From NCBI RefSeq assembly GCF_018977255.1, contig NW_024704743.1:27654001-27718000 (forward strand): a stretch of DNA of 64,000 bases, read 5' to 3'. The position numbers and the translations under genes are program-made. Positions 12,955 to 25,655 of this stretch are shown one piece after another (the stretch's first letter is position 1; each line of letters begins with the position of its first letter). The stretch comes from Callorhinchus milii. Its lineage: Eukaryota. The notes under the pieces were generated by a model. It was not told the DNA's origin. It ran no database searches and worked only from the letters and a program-made list of their open reading frames with translations.

Positions 12955-13412
12955 GTTCACTTGCCTCTGCTTCCTCAACATTGGCCCTCTGACACAGCTA
13001 AAACCTTCATACACACTTTTTTCATCTTCAAACATTGCTATCACCCAGCTCGCCAGCCTAGCCAGCTCCATTTTCCACAAGTTCCAGATCATCCAGAAGC
13101 CTGCAGCTCATACTCTCTCCCACACCAGTGCTATGAGCCCCTCACCCGGAGCCTGCCCAGCTGCACTGGCCTCCATCCTCCAATGAATCAAATTTAGAAG
13201 CTTGATTCTTACCTTCTTACCTCAATAAGCTTTCCCTACCTTACTCTGTCTTCGCCTGTGGCACTATTCCCTCCAAACTCCCACTCTGTCTTTGTAAAGC
13301 ACTTTGAAACATCCATTCTATGAGAAAGGTCTATATAAGAGTAAATTGTTAATTCGACAACAACAACTTGCATTTATATAGCGCCCTTCATGCAGGGTAG
13401 CGTCCCAGAGTG
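12955..13412. mobile_element. Degenerate L2 3' fragment (plus) and a short L2 tail (minus)
   Basis: KFQIIQKPAAHTLS motif; CAACAACAACTTGCATTTATATAGCGCCC at ~13358. Confidence 0.7.
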
Positions 13413-14567
13413 CAGAACTGAAATAAAGGAATCATCAGTGAAAAGTTACACATCACAATACAACTTTCATCCTGTTATTGTTAAGGCAAACACTGTATTT
13501 AAATGGCTTCCTGATATCCATCTCAGGTCTACAGACTTATTAGGAAGAAATCCTGCCTTGTCTATTTTCTTTATTTGCTTTGTATTTTAGAGTGTCCAGA
13601 ATTTGGAAAATTATTGAATTCAATTGGAACTTTGAGGCCTGATTTCTGTGGATTCTCTAAAGAACTTGCTGAAAATCGGTTTCAAAATTAAGACTGCATT
13701 TAACTATTTGCCAAATTCTGGACATTGTGAAATGCTGGAAATATACAGTCAATCTAAACACAGGTGGAATGATTACCCCAAATATTGAGAGAATGTGGGA
13801 GAATATATTAATGCAAATATATACCTATTCATTGCATTGCTCTGTTGTTTTGGGGAACTGTGTTTACATTTTACTTTTCGAAAAGGAAAGGTATAATTTA
13901 AAACTGTTAATTAGAGACAGGAATTGCATGTAGTTGCAGCATTTTATACAGATATTCTGCTCCAGGGCTATTCTGAATGGGACTTAATATGCTGATCTCA
14001 GTGAGTCTATCCATGATGTTTACTGTAGGGCTGAACTGGAGATGAACTTCTCGATTGTCACCACAGGAACGTTTTACTTTAAAGCGTTGTTCACAGGTTG
14101 GTTCTGACCAGCAATTTTAAAGCATGAAATGCAGAAAGAATGAGGTACTGGGAGAACCAGGAAGTGTGCAGATAGCTCCTTTAATGTCATTTATAGAACT
14201 GTACAGCAAATCAAAGGAATACAATGCTTCATTAAGATGTGAAATCAGTTAGCTCTATGGCCATGATCAGTAATTTCATGGCTGGAGTGCTCGTATTTCA
14301 TATGTGATTTAGTGTGAAATAACATTTAATGGTCAATAATTGTGTGCACTTCTCGAGAATTTATTTTAAATGCATTAAAAATTTTCCGTGGAGATAAGTA
14401 CTACTGAATAAAAATAATATCTCACCCATGATGGGACATTCAAATCATTTTTTTATATGGGCCCGCACTCAATTCATTTGTGAATTACACGTGTACAGAC
14501 TTGTAAAAGAACTCCCATAAACTCTGGTCACTGATGGTTTTATAAGTGTTTTACAATTTTATGTCAA

Positions 14568-15330
14568 CCTGGCTTAGTTGGTAGCACTCCTAAGTCAGAA
14601 GGTTGTGAGTTTGAGCTCCACATTGCCACTTCAAACTCATAGTCTAAGCTAACACTCCACTGAAGTCCTGGAGTGTGCTGCATTTCTGGAGGTGCTGACT
14701 TTTTGGATGAAACATTAAATCAAGGTCCTGTCTGGTGATTCAACAACAACAACAAGATTACATTTGTATAGCGCCTTTCACGTCAGGGGGGTGGCCGATG
14801 GCATGGTTGAAGAGGAGGGTCTTGAGGCGGGACTTGAAGGAGGCTAAGGAGGGACCGAGGTAGAAGGACTGGGGAATGGAATTCCAGAGGTTGGGGTTAG
14901 AGTGGCTAAAGGCTCTCCCGCCAATGTTGTGGTGGGTGGGTCGGAGGACATGGAGCAGGCCAGAGCCGGCTGAGCGGAGGGAATGGGCGGGTTGGTAGGG
15001 GGTTAGGAGGTCGCAGAGGTAGGGTAGGGCGAGACCATGGAGGGCTTTGTATGTGAGGACCAGGATCTTGAACTGGATCCTCTGAAGGATAGGGAACCAG
15101 TGGAGTCATGCGAGAGTGGGTGAGATGGGGTCACAGAATTTGGTGTGGGAGAGGACACAGGCTGCAGAGTTCTGGATTATCTATAGCCTGTGGAGGGAGG
15201 TGTTGGGAAGGCCGACAAGCAGGGCGTTTGCATAGTCGAGCCTGGAGTTGATGAAGGCATTCAGGTGGATGTTAAAAATCCCATGGCATTGCTGTGGAAA
15301 GTTTAGCTGCTGCATTCACCTACAAAACAC
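14568..15330 (+). mobile_element. SINE family B (Deu-domain-like) split by an L2 insertion
   Basis: Head GGCTTAGTTGGTAGCAC...CAGAAGGTTGTGAGTTTGAG; core stops at 14740 and resumes TCAGGTGGATGTTAAAAATCCCATGGC at 15261. Confidence 0.85.
14741..15260 (-). mobile_element. L2 3' fragment nested in a SINE
   Basis: (CAA)n tail then TTTGTATAGCGCCTTTCACGTCAGG; reverse complement aligns with 12350-12948. Confidence 0.92.
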
Positions 15331-15374
15331 TTATTATGCTATGAAAGGATTCGACAAGGTGGATGTTAATAGGT

Positions 15375-15990
15375 GCTGCCGCTATCCTGCTGGGGGGAGA
15401 GAGGGGAGGTAATGGAATGTCGGAAATAAATCACCACTCAGTGGCGGTCTCAGTAGTCCAGTTCCTGAGCCAGGCAGGTGCACAGTACTCCAATGATGCT
15501 GATGACAGCACAGCCAGCCTGGCTCTTCGGGCAGGACTTGGAGGGCCAGATCAGTCACTGGTGGAAGGAATTCTTCCCACTCAGCTCCTGTTAACCATGT
15601 AAGCCAACCAAAGTGGTCCTAACTGGAAAACAACAACAACAACAACAACTAATTACATTCATGTAGCATCTTACATTGTCGCGAGAACATCCCACCATCC
15701 TCCTAGCAGGAAACTTGTGTGACAGTGGCAAGCTTTGGTAAGCTGTGCATTTGGTTGAATTCCAACAGTACCTCAATGCACACTCTGGGGTCCCCAAGCT
15801 TGGCTCTTGCCAACCTGCACTTTATATTCTCTGGGATTGGTTCAGCAGGGTACATCCTTCTGGGGAGAGAGTGGACATTGCATATCAGAAACATACATTT
15901 TCATGTGTGAATGGCTTACAAAGAACTCTCTGTCTGGTTTGGATATTCTTAAGCATGGTATTAGGTTTCCAAATGTGTTAGACTCTCGGC
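15375..15990 (-). repeat. HERO-like 5' region family copy with an L2 tail inserted at ~15629-15700
   Basis: Reverse complement colinear with 9701-10457. Confidence 0.75.
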
Positions 15991-16290
15991 TGATCAAAAA
16001 AAAAGACTGTTTCCACTTGTTGATGAGTCCAAAACTAGATGACATAACTATACAATAGCCAGTAGTAGACAGAACAGGGAGTTTAGGAGGAACATCTTCA
16101 CACAGAGGATGATGAGAATGTGGTTGAAGCAAAACACATCAAATTATTTAAGAGGAAACTTGATGTATATGTGAGGAGCAGGGAATAGAGGGGTGTAGGA
16201 GAAGGGATTAGTAAGCGGTGGGGCTCGTGTGAAGTATAGACACCTGGACAAACTAGTTGGGCCTGTCTCTGTGCTGTATCATTCTTACGA
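15990..16290 (+). mobile_element. Degenerate CR1 3' fragment
   Basis: GACTGTTTCCACTT...AGGAACATCTTCACACAGAGG...TTTAAGAGGAAACTTGAT, CR1 3' pattern. Confidence 0.7.
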
Positions 16291-18059
16291 CGTGGTAATT
16301 ATTGTTGTTTGCATACCATATCATTTAGAGTTTGCACCTCCATTTCTCTCTTCCTTCCCACCATACCCTCACCCCCCACCTCCACACAAAAGAATGTCAA
16401 CTCTCAACATAGTTGATTGGAGGATCGTCAGCAAAGTTTTCTATCAAAATCTTTATCTTTTTTTAAATGCTGTACGACAAAAAAATTGTGGAAATTTGAA
16501 TTTAGCTGTGCCACAAATCTTTTGAGAATAGGAACTCAGTGCGAGAAATAGTACAAAATGATACAAATGGCATTGCTCAGAAGTGTACAAGAACATAGGA
16601 GAGTACAAGTCCCTTCAGCCCTGTCTCATACTTCTCAGCACTGATAAAAAGTCACATTCTTGCTAGGCATCTCATTGGATTTGATTTGTATGCTTAAGGG
16701 ATGTTCTACTACAGAATGTCTGATGTGCATTTTGGAGGATCAATACTCCGGTTATGTTGCAATTTGTCATCATTTTCCTGAGTCAGTGATTTATGTGGTG
16801 CCACAAGCATTTATGAAATCCTTAGTTCTTCTATATATATCTCAATTGACTTTAAGTAAAATGGTCTTATCCTCTACTGTGCACGATCACCCCAAGAAAA
16901 ATAACTCAATTTGTATTTTTATTGTCTTTGTTCAAAGATGCCAACTATTTAGTCTCTTTCTCCTTTACCTGTATTTTACAGAAGGAAAACAGCTGGTGAC
17001 CTGCATCTCGGATATTGAAACAAAGAATCCTGTAATAAAGTATGATTAAATAATACCAGTCTTTAAACCTTGAGAAGATTTGTATTTCTTGGTCACATAC
17101 ACAGCTTTTGCATGAGCGCTCTCTGGAACTCTATCCCAGAGTACTTCTACCTTGAATTCACCCTACTTACCTTTAAAGCCAGCCTTAAAACCACTCTTTT
17201 TAATCCCCACCCTCCCCACCCGATTCCTTTCTCAGCTCCCCCAACCCCAGCTCAGGCTCACAGTTGGCTCTGAAGCACTTTTTGACATCCTCAAAAAGGA
17301 TGTGAAAGGCATTATATTATCATCAGTTTGTTGCTGTTGATATAAAAATGTCTCGTTCAAATTAGATTGATACTTTCATTTTCATGAGAAATAATATCTG
17401 AAGGATTATACTATCCCTCATTTAAAAGCGGCAAAGAAATGCGTGTGGTAACACATCCACAATGACTAGTAAAAAAGTTCTTTACTGATTTTCAGAGATA
17501 AATAACCATTTTTTGCTGAGCGACCGAATTTCATTTTTAAATAACGAATTGGTCTATTTTATTTGGCATCTGTGATGGCACATCCCTAAATTCCTCTTAT
17601 TGTAATGCCAGTTCCAGGAAAGCGCACACTATGTGATGTGTGTGCATTCACACAATCTGCTCACTTGCACACATTTTGCATCAAACACACAAATCCCAGA
17701 CTTCAAAGCGTGGATGTGAGTATCACATTGCATCAAGTGTCCGTTCTTGGCACTAAAAATTGATCGGATTTGTTGCCTTAATCTGTGAAGGTGGTTTGTT
17801 TAAGAAAAAATAAAGTTACTGTTTTGTTTATTATTATCTGGCTTGAGACATTCCAAAATAAACCCCAATATCCAAAGAATTTACACAGAAGTTTATGTGT
17901 CAATATTTTCCACCTTTTTTTTCTTTTTTCTTGACAAGCAAGATGGACCCTGAACAACATGAAAATACACAGTGGGGAGCGAGGGGTGGGGATTTTGTTG
18001 ATATAAACAGACTCTAATAGTCCTTACACATGTGAGAGAGTGAAGAGGATCTTTATGAG

Positions 18060-18145
18060 AAAATACGAACATAAGCACTGCTAGATGAAAGAAGACCAAG
18101 ATGCGTCTAGTTCACCTTACACCATCCTGGCAGTCGCATGCACAA
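18060..18145 (-). mobile_element. Short CR1-type 3' terminus; same family as 49228-49320 (plus)
   Basis: GCGACTGCCAGGATG...TTGGTCTT...CTAGCA...CTTATGTTC shared between the two sites. Confidence 0.6.
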
Positions 18146-19357
18146 GTATATATTGTATCCCGAGATATTATTTCGTAACAGAAATCTATGCAATTTGTTC
18201 TTGAAAGTATCAACACTCTGGTCTGGGCAACATGTCTTTTCCAATTATTAGCATTATTCTCTATTCTGTCGGTTTATTTTATTTCAAAACATACTGGATA
18301 TTCACCTGCTTTATTTTCTAACATAATCACAGCTCCTTCTCCCAATGTCCTGCCAACTCAAACAATTATGGAACACATTTTCAATTGTGATGTATCTTCA
18401 GTCTCACTGAACCAAATTCAATCTCCTCTCTGCTCTTTCTCTTCACACCTTCCTACATTGAGTACCTTTCACATTTCTGTCCAAACTTTCCTCTGGAAGG
18501 CTAACTTTTGGTGCAATCAATACCCAGTGCAACAAATCATTACTTGTTGTCCGTTCTGTGTCTGTCACTGACTAAATATTTAACAGCATTATTCAACGGC
18601 TTACAAATGATTTTTAGGAGAAGGTACCTAGGGTCAAGGAATTCTTAACCCAATTCATATAAAGCGGTCTTGTTATTGTGATGAATGAAATACCAAAATT
18701 CATTTTTAAAAATATGTTTTCCCAGCGTATATAGCTAAATGAAAGGCTAGAGAAATAAAATGCAGAACTTCTTTGAAAGTCTAATTTTGCTTTAAATCTG
18801 ATGGTAAATCTGAACCCTAGTGTGATCGAATTGTACATAACTGAGTTTATTTTTTCACGTGAACCAGTGTGTGGTAATTTCAGCTCAAGCTAAGCTTGTC
18901 AGTTGAAGCTTAATAATGTAAACTGTGTAAACTGAGAAGTACAGCAGGTTCTTTCATGCAGCACTTGTTTCTGGCTTATGTTTATATTTATAATTACACA
19001 GGATTCACTGCCCTCCTGTTTGATAGAGGAAAAGATTGGCTTCACATAAGTAAAAACGCATTTCTTGAGGCATGCCTTTTCCAGTACAGTTTGGTGGAAT
19101 TAGGAGAAAGTTGAGTTAAGCCAGTATTCTACAACCTGATACTGCAATGCAGGGTGGCAGGTTCAATAGTGCTGCAAGCGGCTGGTGATCATTATCACAT
19201 TCAATGTCACATTTTCACCACCTATAAATCAGCTAAATCAGATGTGCTCAGAGAATTCTTTGCTGCCTTCCTCTGGTCTAAATACTGCTGATACGCAATC
19301 TGATTCATTGATATAAAACAGTAAATCAAACATTGCTTCTCTGAGTGGTACAGTTAA

Positions 19358-19830
19358 ATCCAGATAATCCAAAACCCTGCCGCCTGCATACTCACCCACA
19401 CTGAACTCCATCCCCCCATCATTCCAGTTCTAGTTAGGCTCCACTGGCTCCCTATCACTGAATGGATCAATTTCAAGATCCTCACACTCGTCTTTAAATC
19501 CTTTCATCTCCATACCTCTTCAACCTGCTTATTCTGCAACATGCTATCCACTGGCTCCAACCTCCTGCATGTCCCTTGGGCCCTCAGTTCCACCATCGGT
19601 GGTCACACTTTCAGCCACTACAGCCCTGAAATTCTGGAAAACTCTTCCTCTATCCCTCCGCCTTGCTCCCATCTTCCCCATCTTCAGGTTGCAACTGAAG
19701 ACTTCCCCCTTCAACTATGCCTACGGTCACCTCATCCTCCCCCCCGGCTCGGCATTGCGCTCCACCACTGTCAAGCGCTCTGGGACGCTGTAATGAGGGG
19801 CACATTACACATGGAGGTGTCGTTGTTGTA
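19358..19830 (+). mobile_element. L2 3' fragment (second subfamily)
   Basis: QIIQNPAACIL, LHWLPI, FKILTLVFK motifs; L2 terminus. Confidence 0.85.
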
Positions 19831-20199
19831 CAGAGTGTTTCATACCTAATTTTTCCCTGAATGTCAAATCAGATGTTGCATCAGGGTTCATTCCTTTGTG
19901 CCACTCTGCTGCCTCTTGTTAAACGCTCTGCCCATCACTCATATTATCTTAATTTAGTCTGAAGCACTTTGAGCCAACTTTACCAATGATCACATCCTCT
20001 ATAAAATCATTATTTGAGCTGCATAATATGATTGAAAAGAAACGTCAACTGTTGCCTTCCTGCTCTTCGATCAGTCATTCATCCTGATCCTTGAGCAAAG
20101 CTCTCTCTCAAAACCTCTGTGAATCTTCCTTTCCGCTAATCTACCATCTCGTAAGGAGAAACCTCATCTCTTTCACTCATGTTTCTCCTCCAGGGTGAG

Positions 20200-20400
20200 T
20201 CCATCTGGGCAGAAAGTGTGGTTCTCCATTCCAGACATGGGAATTTACATGTGTAGGTGGCATACATTGGAAATCTCAACCTGGTTTGGATACTCTAACT
20301 ATTAGGTATTTAAGCATGGTGGTGGCTTTCTGCATGTCTCAGAAACATTGTTGACCAAAAATGAATTTATGATGATGTAGAACTTTGAAAAAATCTTACA
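20200..20400 (-). repeat. HERO-like 5' region family end fragment
   Basis: CTGGTTTGGATACTCT...TAAGCATGGTGGTGG...TCTGCATGT shared with other copies. Confidence 0.7.
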
Positions 20401-22504
20401 TTCAATCTTAATTCGGAAAGAGAGCAGCTTTCTGCAAGAAATTTGTAACACCGGATGCTTTCAAATTCAGAGTGATTGAAGAATTTTTCAAATTCTGCGC
20501 AATCTTAAAGAGCAAGAATGGTCTTAATGTCCTTTTCGGACTCCCAGCTCCTTGATGCTCATCTTATGGAATTGTTGGCCAAGCCTCTAACATCGCAGTG
20601 GCTGATTTAACACTTGTCTCGGAAGTCAATTCATTGGAGGCTTCAATCGTTATTGAGTTATTTTATCAATAGATATTTAGATGGTTGATATATATTTCAT
20701 CTTTTTGCTATGTAAAAATCCAATATACAGATTTCCATTATTTACCTGATCTTAATTCATTCACAACAATTTTCATGACTTTCTCTTGCAGGTTGACAAA
20801 AGCATGTGCATGAGTGAGTGATTCAATCTAGATCTGCTTTTGAATGCCTTGTGTGTGTGTATTTAAAACCGATCAGAAGCTCAGTGGAGTAGAGTTGACA
20901 TATTTTGACACATGTTCACCACTGGAACAGAAATTCATTGTTTCAGTGAGATTCAAGCTCATAGTGAAAACAAGCAGCTGACCAAGTTTCTGACACCTGA
21001 AATGCAACGTCTTCTTCTAGGCCCTTTGGAATACTTATGAATTTCATCCTTACCACTACCCATAACATCTAGTTTCTGAAACTGCTGAGATTTCCTGACC
21101 AGTGTAGAAGTGTGACTGCAAAAATTGCTGCCTTTGGCAGTTTCTGTAACAAACAATGAAAAGTTCAATTTTCTCTGCATTTACAGCAACGGCAGTGACA
21201 CTATACAACACTGCTGCAGACTCGGGTTCCTTCAGTGGAACTTGAGATCTGTGCACTTAAGATGCAAGTGGAGTTGTTGGATCTATTTACAATGTAAAAT
21301 GTGATAGAAAGTGAAAAATAAACACCCAGGATGTACTGACATTTTAGAGATTTTGCTGAATGATTTTTGTTGTTGTATATTGAGCGTATGGCTCTCATCC
21401 AAATCCGTTTATTGTACACTCAATATACCCTGGATTGCTTTTATTCCACGTGAATTTACCATCCCAACTGGTTTCTTTTGAAAGTACTTTGTCCATAAAT
21501 AATATATTATTTAATTTAAATTTGTCGCTGAATGCACTATCTTCCTACGTTGCAATCTCAAGCACTCCCAGGGTCAGGTGCAGCATAGGTAAGTCACAGC
21601 AACACTTTGCTTTTGCATTTTGTTTAAATCTTAATCTTAGTGCAATGAAACCTATTGCACAGTATGACATATTTGTACCTCATATCAGTCATTACTGTGC
21701 CTTGATCCATATACTTGGAACTGGGTTAAGACTGCCCAGGTTAATTTTAAAAATGCATTTAGTTAATGCAGGATTCAGTTTGTTCTTCTTCATAAGGTGC
21801 CCTTGGCATATCAGTTATAGGGAAACAATATTAAGTCATTTATTCAGTCCGAATAGTATTGTGCTGAAATGGTTATTACAATTGCTTTTCTCTCTGTGGA
21901 GTCTAATGCAGCAACAATGTATGGTGCCTTTCATGTGAAAGAAATGTCTCGAAGCGCTTTGCAGAATGAAATGCATTCTCTTTGCTAAAATCAGAAAATT
22001 TTTGTTCCCTGCTTAAGATGGAAAATCTCATTTTAAGCGTATAATGCAAAGTCTGCTAGCATTAGCGGCAGCACACATTAGACCCTATCATTGAGAACCA
22101 ACCATTTCTAATGCAAAGATGAAAATCAAAATTTGTCCACAAAATACACAATCAAGCTACTTTACAGTATATTTTGTGAAGCGCTTTGAGACGTCTCAAC
22201 GACGTGATAATGCGCTATATTAAATGCAAGGATTATTATTATCAAAACTGAATACGGGTCTAAATTCTATTTCTACTCAATGCATTTTGTTATTTGTCCA
22301 ACATGTGCATTTGTTTATTTCATTCTGTGCTTTGACATATTTAGCAGCTATGCAACTTAGGCACAGAAAAAAAGGTTTTAAAACCTGCTTTCTCTTTCTA
22401 ATGCTCAGCACTGAAGCAAACTACAGAGCAAAATCTTCCTTCTTGCTGATTCTCTCAGATGTGACAGCCAAACAATTACCTGATGGATTGAAATAAAAAA
22501 AAAC

Positions 22505-23500
22505 ATGTAAATGCTAGAAACCCCAAAGTGAAATTGTTGGAAATGAGCAATAGCTCAATCAGCATCTGAAAGAGAAAGATAGGGTACCATTTGGGGCATG
22601 ATTCTCTATCTGAAACAAAAGGCTGGGGAAATCACCTACCTAGAAGATGAGAAGTAAGAGGAGATATGGCTAGCCCATGGTTTATTAACCCAAACTGTAA
22701 TTTAGATCTTATTGTGAAACACTAATAAAGGTTAATGCGGAATAGCAAACAGTCGATAAGAGAACAGTAAAAATGGGTGAAATTCCAGTCCAACTCATCT
22801 CAATAAAAAGAGACAAGAAACAAAATGTGAAGGATTAGAGTGGAAAAACGGAGGAGACAGCTGAGTTTTGGAGGTTTTAAATCAATATTACATGCCATGT
22901 TCAGTACTGCGGGCTGAAGGATGAAGAAGGTATGATATTGCAATGGAAGTTTGCTCTGGTCTTGGTTAGAGCAATGAAGAAGCCAGGGGTAGAGAGATCT
23001 GAGTGAAGATATAAGGCGGATTTGAAGTAATAATTTGCATAAAGGTCAGGATCATGTTTCAAACAAAAGAAAGAAGGCAGTCTAACAATTGATCTCGCCA
23101 ATTCATATAAGATCACACAGAAAGTAGCAAAAAATCATACAAAACCTTAAGAGATTTACATAAATGCAGAGTGGGGAGAGGAAGATGCACTCGGTCCAGT
23201 GACCATGGATGGTGGACGCTGGTGGGATGAATGGTGATGTTAGAGACAGAGTAAACCTGAAGTTGCTGGTTTGGGAACTGGTGCAATTACTGTAAAGGGC
23301 CTTCTCAAATACGAATGATAGGAGAGTTGAAAGGAAGGCACTATATAAGCTATGGTGCAATAAGTGGAGGTATTATAGCAGGCACACCACAAACTGAAGA
23401 AAGAGATTGCAAAAACAATGGAGGGAGGAATGTTGGAAGAATCAGTGAATTTATAACAGCGATATTGATGGAAAGCCAATTATGTGAGATGGGAAGGAAA
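22505..23500 (-). mobile_element. Highly degenerate Penelope-like element (GIY-YIG C-terminal region)
   Basis: ORF 22901-23116 contains KHDPDLYANYYFKSALYLHSDLSTPG, resembling the Penelope KHDPxLPVAxHFNSxxxSHxDMSxxG pattern as I recall it; 22505-22620 resembles the associated terminal repeat. Confidence 0.55.
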
Positions 23501-23555
23501 TAACACTGAAAGGGGAGGGGGACAAATATAGTTGTGCCATATGTTTGCCTACAAA

Positions 23556-23868
23556 AATAATAATAATAACAATCCTTGCATTTGATATAGCGCTTTTCAC
23601 ATCTTCTAGATGTCTCAAAGCTCTTCACAGAATAGACTGTAAAGTGAATGACTGTATATTTTGTGGGCGAAATGCAGCAGCCAATTGCGCACAGCAGTGT
23701 CCCACAAACAGTCGTGGATTGAAATGACCAATTTATTATTTGTTTTTTGAGGGATTATTATCAGGCGAGTGGAGTAAGGAAACTTGCCCAAGGTTTCACG
23801 CTGCCGGGAATCGAACCCAGGTCCCTCACTTGCAAAGCAAGTGCTCTAACCATTGAGCTACAGGACTC
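23556..23868 (-). mobile_element. tRNA-derived SINE, family A, short form
   Basis: A box and canonical B box GGTTCGATTCC on minus; (TTA)n tail. Confidence 0.95.
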
Positions 23869-24649
23869 GACTATACATTTACAAAATATGCAATTACTAC
23901 ACTTTACAGTCAATTTTGTGAAGCTGTTTGAGATATCCTTCTGACATAAAATATGCTATATCAAATGATTATTATTAAGTAAAACTGAGATAGTCAGAAA
24001 TAAGAGGCTAAGTGAATGATGAAGGAAATGAAAGGATGAAACTTGCAAAGCCTCCTTTAAAGAATCAGCTCTTTTTCTGCAGGAATTCCACAGCTGTATT
24101 CTCACTGGGTAATGTGATATATTGGCTGGTTCAGAGGATGATTTATGTAGATAAGGGGCTTGCAATGCAACTATCAGTGTTTATTCCTCCTTCAACATTC
24201 ATATGCCAATTGTTGTCCAAACTTCCAATCTGAAGAATTGTTTATTCGTACAGTGTTTATTGTGATCAGGGAATCCATCACATCCCACACGGTTTTATTG
24301 TGTGGGTAATTTTATGTTTGAACATGTGAGCAACGAAGATTGAAACACAATAATCCGGCTTAAAGATATACTAAATAAATTACAATCCTTACACTGTATG
24401 CTTAGAGATGCAAAATACATGGAATTTCCCTTGGATTTTGTTTATTTTCAATATCTCTATTTTTCATGACTGTTGTCCCCCTAGTGGAAATTGAATGGGC
24501 ACTGCATCTATAAATAAGCCATTTTAAATAGATTATTTTCTTCCTGTTTATTTTCTAATACTTTCCTACCATTTGTTGTCTGAACTTTGAGAGCATGCTG
24601 GTCTAGACTACTGATAGTTATTAAAATGTTTCTTGTAACCGCATACCAT

Positions 24650-25045
24650 TCAAAAAGAGAGGAAATTTCTCCCAGTGTCTTGGTCAACAATCCCCCAAAT
24701 AAATTTGGTTACTCACTTCATGTTTTTTATGGGAAATTGCTGTGCACAAATTGGCTGCCGCATTCACCCATCAAATACAATACAAATTTTACAACACAAA
24801 TTTACATTTATATAGCACATTTCATGTTGTAAGGATATCCATGGCACTGAAAATAGTGTCTCTACACTTTACAGTATATGCTACCACAATTCACCCATAA
24901 ATATACAGTCAATTCATTTTACAGTATATTCTGTGAAGTGTTTTGAGACATCTCGAAGATGTGATAAGGCACTATATCAATTATAAGGATTATTATTATA
25001 TCCTGCAAAGTGTTTTGAGACATTTCAATGACATAATGAAGCAAT
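24650..25045 (+). mobile_element. Cluster of nested SINE 3' modules
   Basis: Repeated TTTACAGTATAT and AAGTGTTTTGAGACAT motifs. Confidence 0.7.
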
Positions 25046-25049
25046 ACAA

Positions 25050-25655
25050 TACAAATTACATTTGTAAATCGTCTTTCACATCGGGAGGATGTCCCAAGAT
25101 GCTGGAGAGTCAGGAATTTGGACCCGAGCTGGGGGTTCGGGATAGGGGAGGGTGAAGGGCAGGGAGGGTAGGAGGGTGGCTGAAGGCTGGTCAAAGAAGA
25201 GAGTTTTGACATGCGCCTTGAAGGAGGCAAGGGAGGGAGCAAGGCAAAGGGGCTGTGGGATGGAGTTCCATAGGGTGGGGCAGAAAGTTTGAAGGCCCGA
25301 CCACCAATGGTGGGGCCAGCCGGGCAGCAGACTGGGTGCAGGCCAGAGCTTGCTGAGTGGAGGGAGTGGACAGGTTGATATGGGGTCCGCAGGTCGCATG
25401 AGTAGGAAGGAGCAAGGCCATGGAGAGCCTTGAGGGTGAGGACGAGGATTTTAAACTCTATTCTCTGGGGGATGGGAAGCCAATGGAGCTGGGTGAGCGT
25501 GGGGGTGATGGGGTCACAGAGCCTGGTGTGGGAGAGGACACAAGTTACACAGCTCTGGATTATCTGCAGCTTTGTGGAGGGAAGAGTTGCGAAGGCTGTC
25601 ATGCAGGGAGTTGGTGCAGTCAAGCCTAGATGTGATAAAGGCATGGATGAGGGTT
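25050..25655 (-). mobile_element. L2 3' fragment
   Basis: ORF 24919-25680 has LQIIQSCVTCVLS...LHWLPIPQRIEFKILVLTLKALHGLAPSY. Confidence 0.93.

Noticed and set aside
21435..21938. 167-aa ORF
   Set aside because: Non-ATG start, AT-rich Leu/Phe/Ser-biased composition, no motif
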